From: Candidatus Gottesmanbacteria bacterium GW2011_GWA2_43_14
Lineage (GTDB): Bacteria > Patescibacteriota > Microgenomatia > 2-02-FULL-39-11
Assembly (NCBI GenBank): GCA_000999095.1
Contig: LCFP01000003.1
Span: forward strand, 93,437-157,436
Direction of reading: 5' to 3'
Length of the DNA: 64,000 nt
Below, in pieces: positions 49,341 through 58,575 of the stretch. Within the stretch, counting starts at the first letter, position 1. Each line of letters starts with the position of its first letter. The notes under the pieces are model-generated. The model was not told the origin of the DNA, did not search any database, and saw nothing but the letters and a program-made list of their open reading frames with translations. The position numbers were made by a program, and so were the translations under genes.

Positions 49341-51122
49341 CAGGTTCTCGGGAATTTCCGAGAGGAATCGGGAAACCATATTCTGGGATCTTTGACCGAA
49401 ATAAAGCCTTCTTCTGGCATAGGTTAAATATAATTTTTCTTTAGCCCGCGTCAATCCGACATAACACAGTCTTCTTTCCTCCTCAATTTCATCGGGGTCC
49501 ATCAAAGTCATCGAATGGGGGAATAGCCCCTCTTCCATGCCGACCAGAAAAATGGTTTTGAACTCCAGGCCTTTGGCGGCATGCATGGTCATCAGGGTGA
49601 CCTTTTCCCCTTCAGCATCCCCGGCTGTCACATCCGGGGTATATTCCTGTTCGATCAAGGCGACATTTTCCAGGAACATGTCGATGTCAGGGAATTCCGA
49701 AGCCACACTTCGCAGTTCTTTGATGTTTTCCAGCCTGGCCAATTCTTCCGGATTTTTTTTATCATACAAGTCAGGATAAAAGGTGGCTTCCATTATTTCG
49801 TCAAGAAGGGTCAGGGTATTTTTCCCGGCATTTTTTTTCCCGGAATTTTTTTCCAGATAGCGGAAAAATTTCTCCAGCCTTCTTTTGCCGATTTTTTCCG
49901 CCCGTTTAAGGGAAACGGATTCTTTGGGATTAACCGTCAGCCGAAGGTATGCCAAAACGTCTTTGATTTCCTTTCTTTCATAAAAGCGGGTGCCGCCGAC
50001 TAAGATATAGGGGATGCCGCGGTGCAGAAGGACTTCTTCGATGATGCGGCTTTGGGCATTGGTCCTGTAAAGAACGGCTGTTTCAGAAAGCCGGTAACCG
50101 GTCAACTCGTCGGCAATAAAACCGGCTTCGTCATGCTCGTTGGCCGCTTCATAAATTCTGATGGGGTAGCCGCTGCCTTTGTCAGTCCACAATTTGAGAA
50201 TGGGGTGGGTAATGTTTTTGGATATGACGGCATGGGCGGCATCGAGGATATTTTGGCTTGAGCGGTAATTCTTTTCCAGATGATAGACTGCCGTTTCGGG
50301 AAAATCCTGCTGGAAGCGGTTGATATTCCTGTAATCGGCTCCCCGCCAGGCATAGATGCTTTGCGACGCGTCGCCGACTACGGTCAGGTTTTTTCTGTCG
50401 CCGGCCAGAAGTTTGACCAGTTCGTATTGCGCCTTGTTGGTATCCTGATATTCGTCGACCAGTATGAACTGGAAGATACGGCGGTATTTTTCCAGAATCT
50501 GTTTATCATTTTGAAAAAGCCTGACGATTGTAAAAATCAGATCTTCAAAATCCAAAGCCCTGTTTTCCCGGAGAATTTCCTGGTAGACCGGATACAGGCG
50601 AGCAACTTCCTCCTGGAAATAGCCCCGGGCAAAACTTTGATATTCCACAGAGTCGATCAGCTCGTTTTTTGCCTGGGAGATGGTGGCGGCCACGGCATTG
50701 GGACTGATGCTTTTTTTATCGATGGACAGTTTATTCATGGCCTCAATGACAGCTTCCCTGGTATCGATGTCGTCATAAATTAAAAAGTTGACGGGAATAC
50801 CGATGTGTTTTCCCTCCAGCCTTAACAGCCTGGCCGACAACGAATGGAAGGTTGTCATCAGGGGCAGACCATGTGTTGAACGGGGGGAAATTTTGAGAAG
50901 ATGCCTTATCCTGTCCTGCATTTCCCTGGCGGCTTTATTGGTAAAGGTGACCATCAGAATATTTTCCGGTCGTATGCCTTCGGAAACCAGATAAGCGACT
51001 TTAAAAGTCAGCACCCTGGTTTTACCGCTGCCGGCTCCGGCCAAAATAAGACTCGGTCCGGCAATGTGTTTTACCGCCGTCTGCTGATCAGGGTTTAATT
51101 GTTCCAGCAGGTTATTTTCCAT
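49311..51122 (-). CDS. pcrA: ATP-dependent DNA helicase PcrA/UvrD
   Basis: AGAGSGKT, DEYQDTN, VLYRTNAQSR, HAAKGLEF, EEERRL.YVG.TRA; start taken at MENNLL. Confidence 0.95.
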   Translation of the reverse strand: MENNLLEQLNPDQQTAVKHIAGPSLILAGAGSGKTRVLTFKVAYLVSEGIRPENILMVTFTNKAAREMQDRIRHLLKISPRSTHGLPLMTTFHSLSARLLRLEGKHIGIPVNFLIYDDIDTREAVIEAMNKLSIDKKSISPNAVAATISQAKNELIDSVEYQSFARGYFQEEVARLYPVYQEILRENRALDFEDLIFTIVRLFQNDKQILEKYRRIFQFILVDEYQDTNKAQYELVKLLAGDRKNLTVVGDASQSIYAWRGADYRNINRFQQDFPETAVYHLEKNYRSSQNILDAAHAVISKNITHPILKLWTDKGSGYPIRIYEAANEHDEAGFIADELTGYRLSETAVLYRTNAQSRIIEEVLLHRGIPYILVGGTRFYERKEIKDVLAYLRLTVNPKESVSLKRAEKIGKRRLEKFFRYLEKNSGKKNAGKNTLTLLDEIMEATFYPDLYDKKNPEELARLENIKELRSVASEFPDIDMFLENVALIEQEYTPDVTAGDAEGEKVTLMTMHAAKGLEFKTIFLVGMEEGLFPHSMTLMDPDEIEEERRLCYVGLTRAKEKLYLTYARRRLYFGQRSQNMVSRFLSEIPENLLERTYHDFF

Positions 51123-51143
51123 GATACAATGATTAATCATATC

Positions 51144-51824
51144 ATGGTAAAGAAAGACCTTTTGATTGCCGGCAATTGGAAATGCAATAAAACAAAAGAT
51201 CAGGCGGCTGATTTTTTCCGGGTTTTTTCGGATAAAATCAAAGAAGCCGATAAACCCCCTAACGTTGAAGCGGTGATCTTTCCGTCCCTTATTCATCTCG
51301 ATTTGGCCAATGAGTTGGTGAAAAAATTAAGTCTTCCCATTCAGCTGGGGGCGCAAAATATCTCGGCTTTTCCCGAAGGGGCTTTTACCGGAGAAGTGGC
51401 GGCCGGCCAACTCAAAGAAGTGGCGCAATATGTTTTGATCGGGCATTCGGAAAGAAGAATCAACCAAAAAGAAGATGACAGGCTTTTAGCGGAAAAAGCG
51501 GCCAGAGCCAGGGAAGCCGGTTTAAAAATAATCTATTGCGTCTCCCAGTTATCTGACAATTTGGCTGATGTGGCGGATGTGATCGCTTATGAACCCGTCT
51601 GGGCAATCGGGACCGGCAAGGCTGCCACGCCCGAAGACGCTGAAGAGAAAGCACGCGCCATCAAAAACCGACAACCGAAGGTGAAAGTACTGTATGGAGG
51701 CAGCGTCAGTCCGGAAAATATCAGGGACTTTCTGAAAATGCCCTCAGTCGACGGAGTGCTCCCCGGCAAAACGAGTTTGGACCCGGCCCTTTTTTACAGC
51801 ATGCTGAAAAATGCCGCCTTTTAA
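51144..51824 (+). CDS. tpiA: Triosephosphate isomerase
   Basis: AGNWK, GAFTGE, GHSERR, AYEPVWAIGTG, YGGSV. Confidence 0.97.
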   Translation: MVKKDLLIAGNWKCNKTKDQAADFFRVFSDKIKEADKPPNVEAVIFPSLIHLDLANELVKKLSLPIQLGAQNISAFPEGAFTGEVAAGQLKEVAQYVLIGHSERRINQKEDDRLLAEKAARAREAGLKIIYCVSQLSDNLADVADVIAYEPVWAIGTGKAATPEDAEEKARAIKNRQPKVKVLYGGSVSPENIRDFLKMPSVDGVLPGKTSLDPALFYSMLKNAAF

Positions 51825-52905
51825 AAGAAAGCTTTTGAAGTTTAAGAAACCTCTCCTTACCGTCTTTTTGGCGGCAATTGCCTTGGGCTTTTTATATTTT
51901 TCGCTGAAAGTCTACCTGCCTATATATTCTTTCAGCAAAACCAACGGCCTTAATTTTAAGACAGCCGTGAATCTTTTAACTGACAAGAAGGGTAGCCTTT
52001 TAAAAAAAACGGACGGGAGGACAAATATTCTTCTTTTAGGCATAAGCGGAGGTAAACACGAAGGCGCGGAGCTGACAGACTCCATAATTTTTCTGAGTAT
52101 CCATCCGGAAAATAAAGATAATGTGATGATTTCAATTCCGAGGGATATTTGGCTGCCGTCTTTAAAAACAAAAATAAACTCCACCTACTATTACGGCGAA
52201 TCCAAAAGAACAGGCGGGGGCATGACCCTGACCAAAAGCGCCGTTTCCGAAGTTTTCGGCCAGCCTGTCCATTATGCGGTCCTGATCGATTTTGCCACGT
52301 TCAGGGATGTCATTGATTCTTTGGGCGGTATCGATGTTTATGTTGAATCGGCTTTTGAGGATAAGAAATTTCCCATTCCGGGCAAGGAAAATGATTTTTG
52401 CGGAGGTGACTCAGAATATAAATGCCGCTATGAATCCATAAGTTTCGGTCAGGGTTGGCAACATCTGGACGGGGACAAAGCCCTGAAATTCGTCCGTTCC
52501 AGAAATGCCGAGAACGGTGAGGGTAATGATTTCTCCAGAGGACGCCGGCAGCAGTTGGTTCTCAAGGCGGTAGCTCAAAAAATAAGAAAATCGCTGTCTT
52601 TCAACAATCTCAACCGGGCAAAAGAACTGTCTCAGGACCTGACTGAAGCCATTGATACCGACCTTAACATTTCCGAAATGCTGTTTTTGGGAAAATACCT
52701 GATGGAGGAAGGTGCTGACGAATTCCGGCAGATAAGGCTCGACACGGGAGACGATCAGAAAAATATCAAAGGCATTCTGGAAAATCCCCCGACCTGGCAA
52801 TATGACGGACAATGGGTATTAGTCCCCAAAGACACCGATTACGATAAATTTGAAGAGTACCTAGACTGCCACCTGGACAGCCCCGGCTGCAAACTGGAAC
52901 CCTGA
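51811..52905 (+). CDS. LCP (LytR-CpsA-Psr) family glycopolymer ligase
   Basis: NILLLG, TDSI, SIPRD, KIN, FVRSR, DFSR..RQQ. Confidence 0.95.
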   Translation: MPPFKRKLLKFKKPLLTVFLAAIALGFLYFSLKVYLPIYSFSKTNGLNFKTAVNLLTDKKGSLLKKTDGRTNILLLGISGGKHEGAELTDSIIFLSIHPENKDNVMISIPRDIWLPSLKTKINSTYYYGESKRTGGGMTLTKSAVSEVFGQPVHYAVLIDFATFRDVIDSLGGIDVYVESAFEDKKFPIPGKENDFCGGDSEYKCRYESISFGQGWQHLDGDKALKFVRSRNAENGEGNDFSRGRRQQLVLKAVAQKIRKSLSFNNLNRAKELSQDLTEAIDTDLNISEMLFLGKYLMEEGADEFRQIRLDTGDDQKNIKGILENPPTWQYDGQWVLVPKDTDYDKFEEYLDCHLDSPGCKLEP

Positions 52906-52910
52906 CCGGG

Positions 52911-52945
52911 ATGTGTCTAGCTGTATCACACCTGGTGTGATATAG
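52911..52945 (+). repeat. REP-like element copy 3, left flank of the transposase
   Basis: ATGTGTCTAGCT-GTATCACACC-T-GGTGTGATAT(AG). Confidence 0.92.
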
Positions 52946-52981
52946 ATTGACACGTTCCGGAAATTATTTCATATTAAAAGT

Positions 52982-53656
52982 GTGACAACCAGAAAACTGC
53001 CAATAGTTACCAGCGAGATATACCACATATTTAACAGAAGTGTAGGGCAGCAACCGATATTCAGGAATATCTATGAAAATAAACTGTTTGTCGAACTAAT
53101 CGAATACTATCATTTTTTTCATACCAATCTCCGTTTTTCTTACTACAACCGTTTGCCGAAGGATCAAAGAGATAAGATTTTAAAAGACCTGTACATTAAG
53201 AAGTTATTCAATATTGAAATATATTCTTTTTCTCTTATGCCAAACCACTTTCATCTATTGGCAATGCAAAAATCTGAAAAAGGCATAAGTAACTTTGTCA
53301 GATGTCTTCAAGACAGTTATGCAAAATATTTCAATATGAAAAATAAAAGAGAAGGCGCTTTATTTCAGTCACCGTTTAAAAGTGTCAGAATGGAAACTGA
53401 AGAACAACTTTTACATGTTTCCAGATATATACATCTCAATCCTTTGACATCTTATGTTTTAAGAAATAAAGAAGATTTAATTAATTATCAATGGAATTCG
53501 TTCAGAGATTATGTCAGTGCTTCTCCAAGACGCTTTATAAAAACAAATCTGATTAGTTCATTTTTTAATAAGAACAATAGTTTTGAGGAATTTACTTTTA
53601 ACCAACTGGATTATCAGAGAAAATTAAAAATGGTGAAACACCTGATTTTGGAATGA
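52982..53656 (+). CDS. HUH Y1 tyrosine transposase (IS200-like/RAYT family)
   Basis: YHIFNR, LMPNHFHLL (HUH), G.LFQ..FK, RYIHLNP (catalytic Tyr), YQWNS; TTGACA at 52947 upstream. Confidence 0.92.
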   Translation: MTTRKLPIVTSEIYHIFNRSVGQQPIFRNIYENKLFVELIEYYHFFHTNLRFSYYNRLPKDQRDKILKDLYIKKLFNIEIYSFSLMPNHFHLLAMQKSEKGISNFVRCLQDSYAKYFNMKNKREGALFQSPFKSVRMETEEQLLHVSRYIHLNPLTSYVLRNKEDLINYQWNSFRDYVSASPRRFIKTNLISSFFNKNNSFEEFTFNQLDYQRKLKMVKHLILE

Positions 53657-53662
53657 TCCCGG

Positions 53663-53695
53663 ATGTGTCTAGCTGTATCACACCTGGTGTGATAC
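53663..53695 (+). repeat. REP-like element copy 4, right flank of the transposase
   Basis: ATGTGTCTAGCT-GTATCACACC-T-GGTGTGATAC. Confidence 0.92.
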
Positions 53696-53701
53696 GGATG
53701 A

Positions 53702-55090
53702 TTAGAGTTTGAGGAGGAATTTGGAGCCGACTAATAGCAGGGTCAGCCCGCTGCCTAAAAGAAAACCCGTAAAGGTAGTGACTCCTGATCTTGGCGGCAG
53801 ATCGATCTGCCCTGCCCCGGTAGGAGTCGGGGGTTCCGGCGTCGGGGTTGGCGTTTCAGTCGGCGTCGGTGACGGTGTCGGCGTTTCAGTCGGCGTCGGG
53901 GTTTCAGTAACCTCAACCTCCTCCGCGGGGGTTGCGGATGGGGGAGTATCTGTGGGAGTTTCCGAAGCTGACGGTGTAGCGTCTCCAAGAACAGCTTCAC
54001 CGCTTTTTAATACAGCGAACTTCCGGCTCAATGTTGTCGGCCGTCCGTATTTGTCCGTGCTTTGGATGCGGATTTCGTGAATGCCCGGTTCCAGGGCTTT
54101 TTTCGGGCGGAAACTCCAGGTACCGTCAGCTCCGACAGTCAAAGAAACGGTCTGCGGAGTGGACATAACGGTAACCGTTATTTTCTCGCCGGGAATACCG
54201 ACCCCCCGCAAAACCGGTTGGCGGTCGGCTGTGGCATCCATTTCCGACCTGGGGAAATAAAAACCGACACCGTTTTCCGGAATTTGGGCTGGTTTGCGGG
54301 CTGTTTCCCGGCCTAAAATTACGGAAGATTTATTTTCAGGGCTGTTTGGTAAAAAATTATACCTCTTGCCGATCTGCATGTCCGGCAGCATTCCCTGTTT
54401 CACGGTCGCCAGATCAGTCACGGCTGATGAATAATCCCGGCTGTTTTCCTTTACGGTGATCTGGATCTGCGAGCTGTCGTCAAGATAAGGCCTGGAGAGA
54501 AAGTCCTGGGTCCTCAGATTGTTTAAGGGAATTACCCACATGCCCAGCCGGTCGCTCCAGGCGGATAACGGGCTGGCCTGTCCGACCAACAGATAAACAA
54601 GCAAATTTTCCGCCGGACTGCCATCTCTTGCGAGTATCCTGCCTTTGACAGGCGGCAGTTCCAAAGAAGCCGGTAAGGGCACGCCCGTTTTTTGCACAAA
54701 CTCGGGACATTTTTCCCTGAAAGGACAACCGCTTCCTCCGGAGAATATTTTCAATGTGTATTCCCGGTCGGCATGCAAATTTTTTACCGAAAAAACATGC
54801 TGCGTTCGCTCCCGGGGATTGCCGTCGCTGTCCCGTTCATCGAGAAGGGAAGTCCTGACGCCTTCTCCGCTGACGGACACTGAAGTAATAACCGCTTTTT
54901 CCGTCAGGAAGGAAAGAGAAAGCGAATTGTCCGTTATATTGGTAATGTGAACGTCAGCCGGCGAAGGCAGGTCTTCGGCATTGGTGGTGAGCTGTTTGAA
55001 TGTGCCGTCGAAATAGACGGTTAAGCCTATACCGGCGAACAAAATGAACAGGGCTAGAAGTGTGGGAATTTTTCTTTGTTTACGGTACAT
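53702..55090 (-). CDS. Surface protein with FN3/Ig-like domains, Pro-Thr linker and LPxTG-like C-terminal sorting signal
   Basis: N-terminal TM; V.ITNITD.S.S.S; ADGTWSF; TPTETPTP repeats; LPPRSG followed by a hydrophobic tail. Confidence 0.75.
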   Translation of the reverse strand: MYRKQRKIPTLLALFILFAGIGLTVYFDGTFKQLTTNAEDLPSPADVHITNITDNSLSLSFLTEKAVITSVSVSGEGVRTSLLDERDSDGNPRERTQHVFSVKNLHADREYTLKIFSGGSGCPFREKCPEFVQKTGVPLPASLELPPVKGRILARDGSPAENLLVYLLVGQASPLSAWSDRLGMWVIPLNNLRTQDFLSRPYLDDSSQIQITVKENSRDYSSAVTDLATVKQGMLPDMQIGKRYNFLPNSPENKSSVILGRETARKPAQIPENGVGFYFPRSEMDATADRQPVLRGVGIPGEKITVTVMSTPQTVSLTVGADGTWSFRPKKALEPGIHEIRIQSTDKYGRPTTLSRKFAVLKSGEAVLGDATPSASETPTDTPPSATPAEEVEVTETPTPTETPTPSPTPTETPTPTPEPPTPTGAGQIDLPPRSGVTTFTGFLLGSGLTLLLVGSKFLLKL

Positions 55091-55283
55091 AATTGATTTC
55101 CCTTCTGCCCTGGAGCTGGCCTATGATTGTCATGTCAAAATTGGGAGTTAGAGCTTCAGTTTTTTTAGCTTCGGCCAGGCCGGTTGTATCACTGTATTTG
55201 GCATGATAAACGCCGAAAACGACCCAGGCAACTACCGTCGAAAAGGTAATAATGGCCAATATGTAAAGTTCTTTACGGTTCAT
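55080..55283 (-). CDS. Small single-TM protein downstream of pilO
   Basis: 67 aa, overlaps both neighbours, one TM. Confidence 0.65.
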   Translation of the reverse strand: MNRKELYILAIITFSTVVAWVVFGVYHAKYSDTTGLAEAKKTEALTPNFDMTIIGQLQGRREINYVP

Positions 55284-55884
55284 AATATGCAGAGCCTTTG
55301 GCGGTAATTCTTAATATGCCGCTTGATGTCCCGCCTTCATGGGCTATATCCAATGATTCCAGCGTGATTATGCGCTGCCAATTGAGTATATCATCCAGGT
55401 AGTTTTTGATATTTTCATATGAGCCGTTTCCGATGAGTATAAAGTTCATTTTCTGAAGTTTTTGTTTTTCACTGAGGGTAGAAATCGGGGCGGAGTCTAT
55501 TTGCAGCTGGTTGATATTAAAACCGTTGGCCAGCGCAGATTCTTCCAAACCGCGGGAAAGCGAGGTGAAATCGGCATTTCGCGGTAAAGCCAGGTCAATC
55601 AGCGAGATGCCGTCCCTGACTTTTTCATATTCACTTTGGGCTCTGATAATTAAACTTATCTGGTTTTCATAATCCAGATTCCGGTTTTTAAGATCATTGA
55701 CTTCTTTGATCAGGGAAACTGCCGTTATCAGAGTCGGCCGGATGGCAAACAGGCCGAAAAATGACAGGCAAAAAAGAGATAAAGTAATCGTGAAATAGGA
55801 TGCCGTTTTACTGTTTTTCAAAACAGGTTTAAATCTCTGGCGAGTTTTTATCAGGAGGTTGTTTTTTGCGTCAAATAAGGACAT
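55273..55884 (-). CDS. pilO: Type IV pilus alignment protein PilO
   Basis: TM, coiled coil, ALP, GSYENIKNYL..I....RIITLE. Confidence 0.8.
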   Translation of the reverse strand: MSLFDAKNNLLIKTRQRFKPVLKNSKTASYFTITLSLFCLSFFGLFAIRPTLITAVSLIKEVNDLKNRNLDYENQISLIIRAQSEYEKVRDGISLIDLALPRNADFTSLSRGLEESALANGFNINQLQIDSAPISTLSEKQKLQKMNFILIGNGSYENIKNYLDDILNWQRIITLESLDIAHEGGTSSGILRITAKGSAYYEP

Positions 55885-55894
55885 ATCGTTTTTT

Positions 55895-56449
55895 TTAAAC
55901 TTTCCTGGCAAGGTTTGCCTGGACCCTGAATTCAACTTTGCCGTCGGGAAGCCTTTTCAAATCTTCCAGTTGGACATCCGAGAAGATCTCGTCTTCCTGG
56001 ATATTTTTTAATAGGACATTAAAACTGGTCAGACTGTCGGAAACTGCCGTAAATCTGACTTTTGATTTGCTGAATGAGAGGAGGTTGAAGTTCGTATCAG
56101 CCGGAGTTTTGTTTTCCAGAAAATTTATTGTCTGAAGGATAGCATCGTAATTCCCGGTGATGCTTTTAATATCGGCCAGGCTTTTTTGGACCCTGATGAT
56201 TTCATTGTTCACTTCGGCAATGGAGCCGACTAAGGCTTCTTTTTGTCCGACTGATTCCTTCAGGTCAGTCCGATCGCGGTCAAGCTTGAACCTTCCGAAA
56301 AAGACCGACAGGACGACAATCTGGATGATGATAATAATATAGCGGCCGTAAGTCAGAGCCCAATTGAGGAATTGGGAAGACAGGCTTTCTTCCTTGGCCT
56401 TTTGGACAAGCAGGTTAATTTCCGTTTTGCTTTTTTTACTTTGTCCCAT
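55895..56449 (-). CDS. pilN: Type IV pilus alignment protein PilN
   Basis: INLL, TM, coiled coil, TP.D, FSDVQL. Confidence 0.8.
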   Translation of the reverse strand: MGQSKKSKTEINLLVQKAKEESLSSQFLNWALTYGRYIIIIIQIVVLSVFFGRFKLDRDRTDLKESVGQKEALVGSIAEVNNEIIRVQKSLADIKSITGNYDAILQTINFLENKTPADTNFNLLSFSKSKVRFTAVSDSLTSFNVLLKNIQEDEIFSDVQLEDLKRLPDGKVEFRVQANLARKV

Positions 56450-56537
56450 ACAAAACAAAAGGATGGTTAAATCCTTAAATGCGATCTACTTATCCATTAT
56501 ACAGAAAATCAGAAACGGGAAAACTGGGAGAAAGGAA

Positions 56538-56828
56538 TTACTTCTTTTTCCCGGGTTTGGCGGCCGGAGGGCTTTTTTTAACTGCCGGAGTTTTCTTTTT
56601 CAGCAGTTTTGACAGGTTTGACTTCAAGCGGGATGATTTGTTGTCATGATAGATTTTTTTCTTGCTTGCTTGGTCCAACAGGCTGGCTGCCTTATTATAA
56701 AGCTTTTCCGAAGGATTCTCCCTGTATAATTTGATGGCTTCTTTGACCTTGTTTTTGACAACAAGATTTACGGACCGTCTTTTAACGTCCTGCCTGAGTT
56801 TTTTTTCCGCTGATCTGGTGATAGGCAT
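56538..56828 (-). CDS. rpsT: 30S ribosomal protein S20
   Basis: MPITRSAEK..RQ, LDQA.KK...H.NKSSRLKS. Confidence 0.95.
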   Translation of the reverse strand: MPITRSAEKKLRQDVKRRSVNLVVKNKVKEAIKLYRENPSEKLYNKAASLLDQASKKKIYHDNKSSRLKSNLSKLLKKKTPAVKKSPPAAKPGKKK

Positions 56829-56858
56829 GATTTACGTAGTATACTAGTGGAACTTGCA

Positions 56859-58517
56859 ATGGTCAAGCTGATTAAAAACACTCTGACTATTCTGACGCGC
56901 CAGGAGAAGAACATACTGTCGGCGGCTTCGGTCATTATGACGGCTGTCGCTGTCTCCCGGCTTTTGGGTCTTTTCAGGGACAGGCTTCTGGCTGCCCGCT
57001 TTTCCCCGGAAGATTTGGGAGTTTATTACGCTGCTTTCCGGCTGCCCAACATGATTTTCGAGCTTTTGGTCATGGGAGCTTTGGCAACCGCTTTTATTCC
57101 GGTTTTTACTTCCTTTCTGGATAACAAAAGCAAGGAAGAAGCCAACAGACTGGCTTCCTCGGTCATCAATATCGGCCTGGTACTTTTTCTTTTTCTGGCT
57201 TTGCCTTTAATGATTTTTACTCCCTTCATCTCCCGTAAGCTGGCGCCGGGTTTTGACGAGAATCAAATCAGGCTGATGGTCGCATTTACCAGGATCATGA
57301 TTATTCCCCAGGTTTTTCCCCTGATTATAGGCAACTTTCTGACGGGCATCCTCCAGTCATACCGGAATTTTCTGATACCCGCCCTGGCGCCTGTCGTCTA
57401 TAACGTCGGCATTATTTTAGGCATTCTTTTTTTGACACCTGCGGCCGGACTGTACGCTCCGGTTGTCGGAGTGGTTTTCGGAGCATTGCTGTTTGTTTTA
57501 ATCCAAATTCCGTCCATTCTTTCATACGGATACCGCCACAAATTAAGTTTTGATTACAAAAACAAGGGTGTCAGGACAATCGGCAAACTGATGCTGCCGC
57601 GTACCCTTGGCCTGGCTGTTTCCCAAATCGATACCACCGTTGATCTGGTTTTGTCTACCCTTTTGGGCGCCTCGGCCGTTACTGTTTTTAATTTTGCCCA
57701 GCATTTGCAGCAGCTTCCGATAGGGCTTTTCGGTGTCAGTATTTCCCAGGCCTCGCTGCCGGCTTTGTCATCAGCCGCCGCCAGAGATGATAAACCCGAA
57801 TTCAAAAAAATATTACTTTCATCTTTCCATCAGATTCTTTTTCTGGTCCTGCCGGTTTCCTTTATACTGATTGTTTTGAGGATTCCCGTCGTCAGGCTTG
57901 TTTTCGGCGCATCAACTCTGTTTGACTGGGAATCAACCGTACTGACGGGCCTGACCCTGGCATATTTTTCGGTCTCCCTGTTCGCCCAATCCCTGGTTCA
58001 TCTTCTTGCCCGCGGATTTTACGCCCTGCAGGACACGAAAACTCCGGTTGTCATCGGCTTTGCGGCTGTCTTGACCAACGCAGCCTTATCAGTCCTGTTT
58101 GTAATGGTTTATCATCTGCCAATCTGGTCACTGGGATTTTCGGCCTCTGTGGCCAGTATATTGAATATGTTTCTGCTTTTGGTCTTTCTGATCAGAAAGG
58201 TAGGCAGTTTCGGCTACCATGAACTTCTCTACCCGATGTTCAAAATCTTTCTGGCAGGACTGGTGGCTGCTTTTGCCCTCTATATTCCCATCAAAGTCCT
58301 AGACCAGCTGGTTTTTGACACGACCCGCACCATCAACCTCTTTTTTCTGACAGGTATTTCCACTTTTATCGGATTGGCGGTCTATCTTTTTATCGCCTGG
58401 TTTTTGGATGTGCCCCAGATAGCAATCATCTTCAAAATTTTCCAAAGGCTCAAGCCCAGGGAGAAGGGTGTCCTTCTGGATACCACCCAGGAAGTGGTCA
58501 ATTTGCAGGAGAACTGA
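56859..58517 (+). CDS. murJ: Lipid II flippase MurJ/MviN
   Basis: SRLLGLFRD, AAFRLPN, AFIPVF, QLPIGLFG, RGFYALQDTKTP. Confidence 0.96.
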   Translation: MVKLIKNTLTILTRQEKNILSAASVIMTAVAVSRLLGLFRDRLLAARFSPEDLGVYYAAFRLPNMIFELLVMGALATAFIPVFTSFLDNKSKEEANRLASSVINIGLVLFLFLALPLMIFTPFISRKLAPGFDENQIRLMVAFTRIMIIPQVFPLIIGNFLTGILQSYRNFLIPALAPVVYNVGIILGILFLTPAAGLYAPVVGVVFGALLFVLIQIPSILSYGYRHKLSFDYKNKGVRTIGKLMLPRTLGLAVSQIDTTVDLVLSTLLGASAVTVFNFAQHLQQLPIGLFGVSISQASLPALSSAAARDDKPEFKKILLSSFHQILFLVLPVSFILIVLRIPVVRLVFGASTLFDWESTVLTGLTLAYFSVSLFAQSLVHLLARGFYALQDTKTPVVIGFAAVLTNAALSVLFVMVYHLPIWSLGFSASVASILNMFLLLVFLIRKVGSFGYHELLYPMFKIFLAGLVAAFALYIPIKVLDQLVFDTTRTINLFFLTGISTFIGLAVYLFIAWFLDVPQIAIIFKIFQRLKPREKGVLLDTTQEVVNLQEN

Positions 58518-58530
58518 ATTGCCATCCCGA

Positions 58531-58563
58531 ATGTGTCTAGCTATATCACACCTGGTGTGATAC
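58531..58563 (+). repeat. REP-like element copy 5
   Basis: ATGTGTCTAGCT-ATATCACACC-T-GGTGTGATAC. Confidence 0.92.
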
Positions 58564-58575
58564 AAGATACAAGAG

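Larger units (their letters stand above)
52911..53695 (+). mobile_element. REPtron-like unit: repeat - Y1 transposase - repeat in direct orientation
   Basis: Two copies identical over 32 bp enclose only a promoter and the AT-rich transposase gene. Confidence 0.75.

Noticed and set aside
53820-53960. Tandem GGCGTTTCAGTCGGCGTCGG repeats
   Set aside because: They encode the Pro-Thr-Glu linker of the surface protein and are not an independent element.
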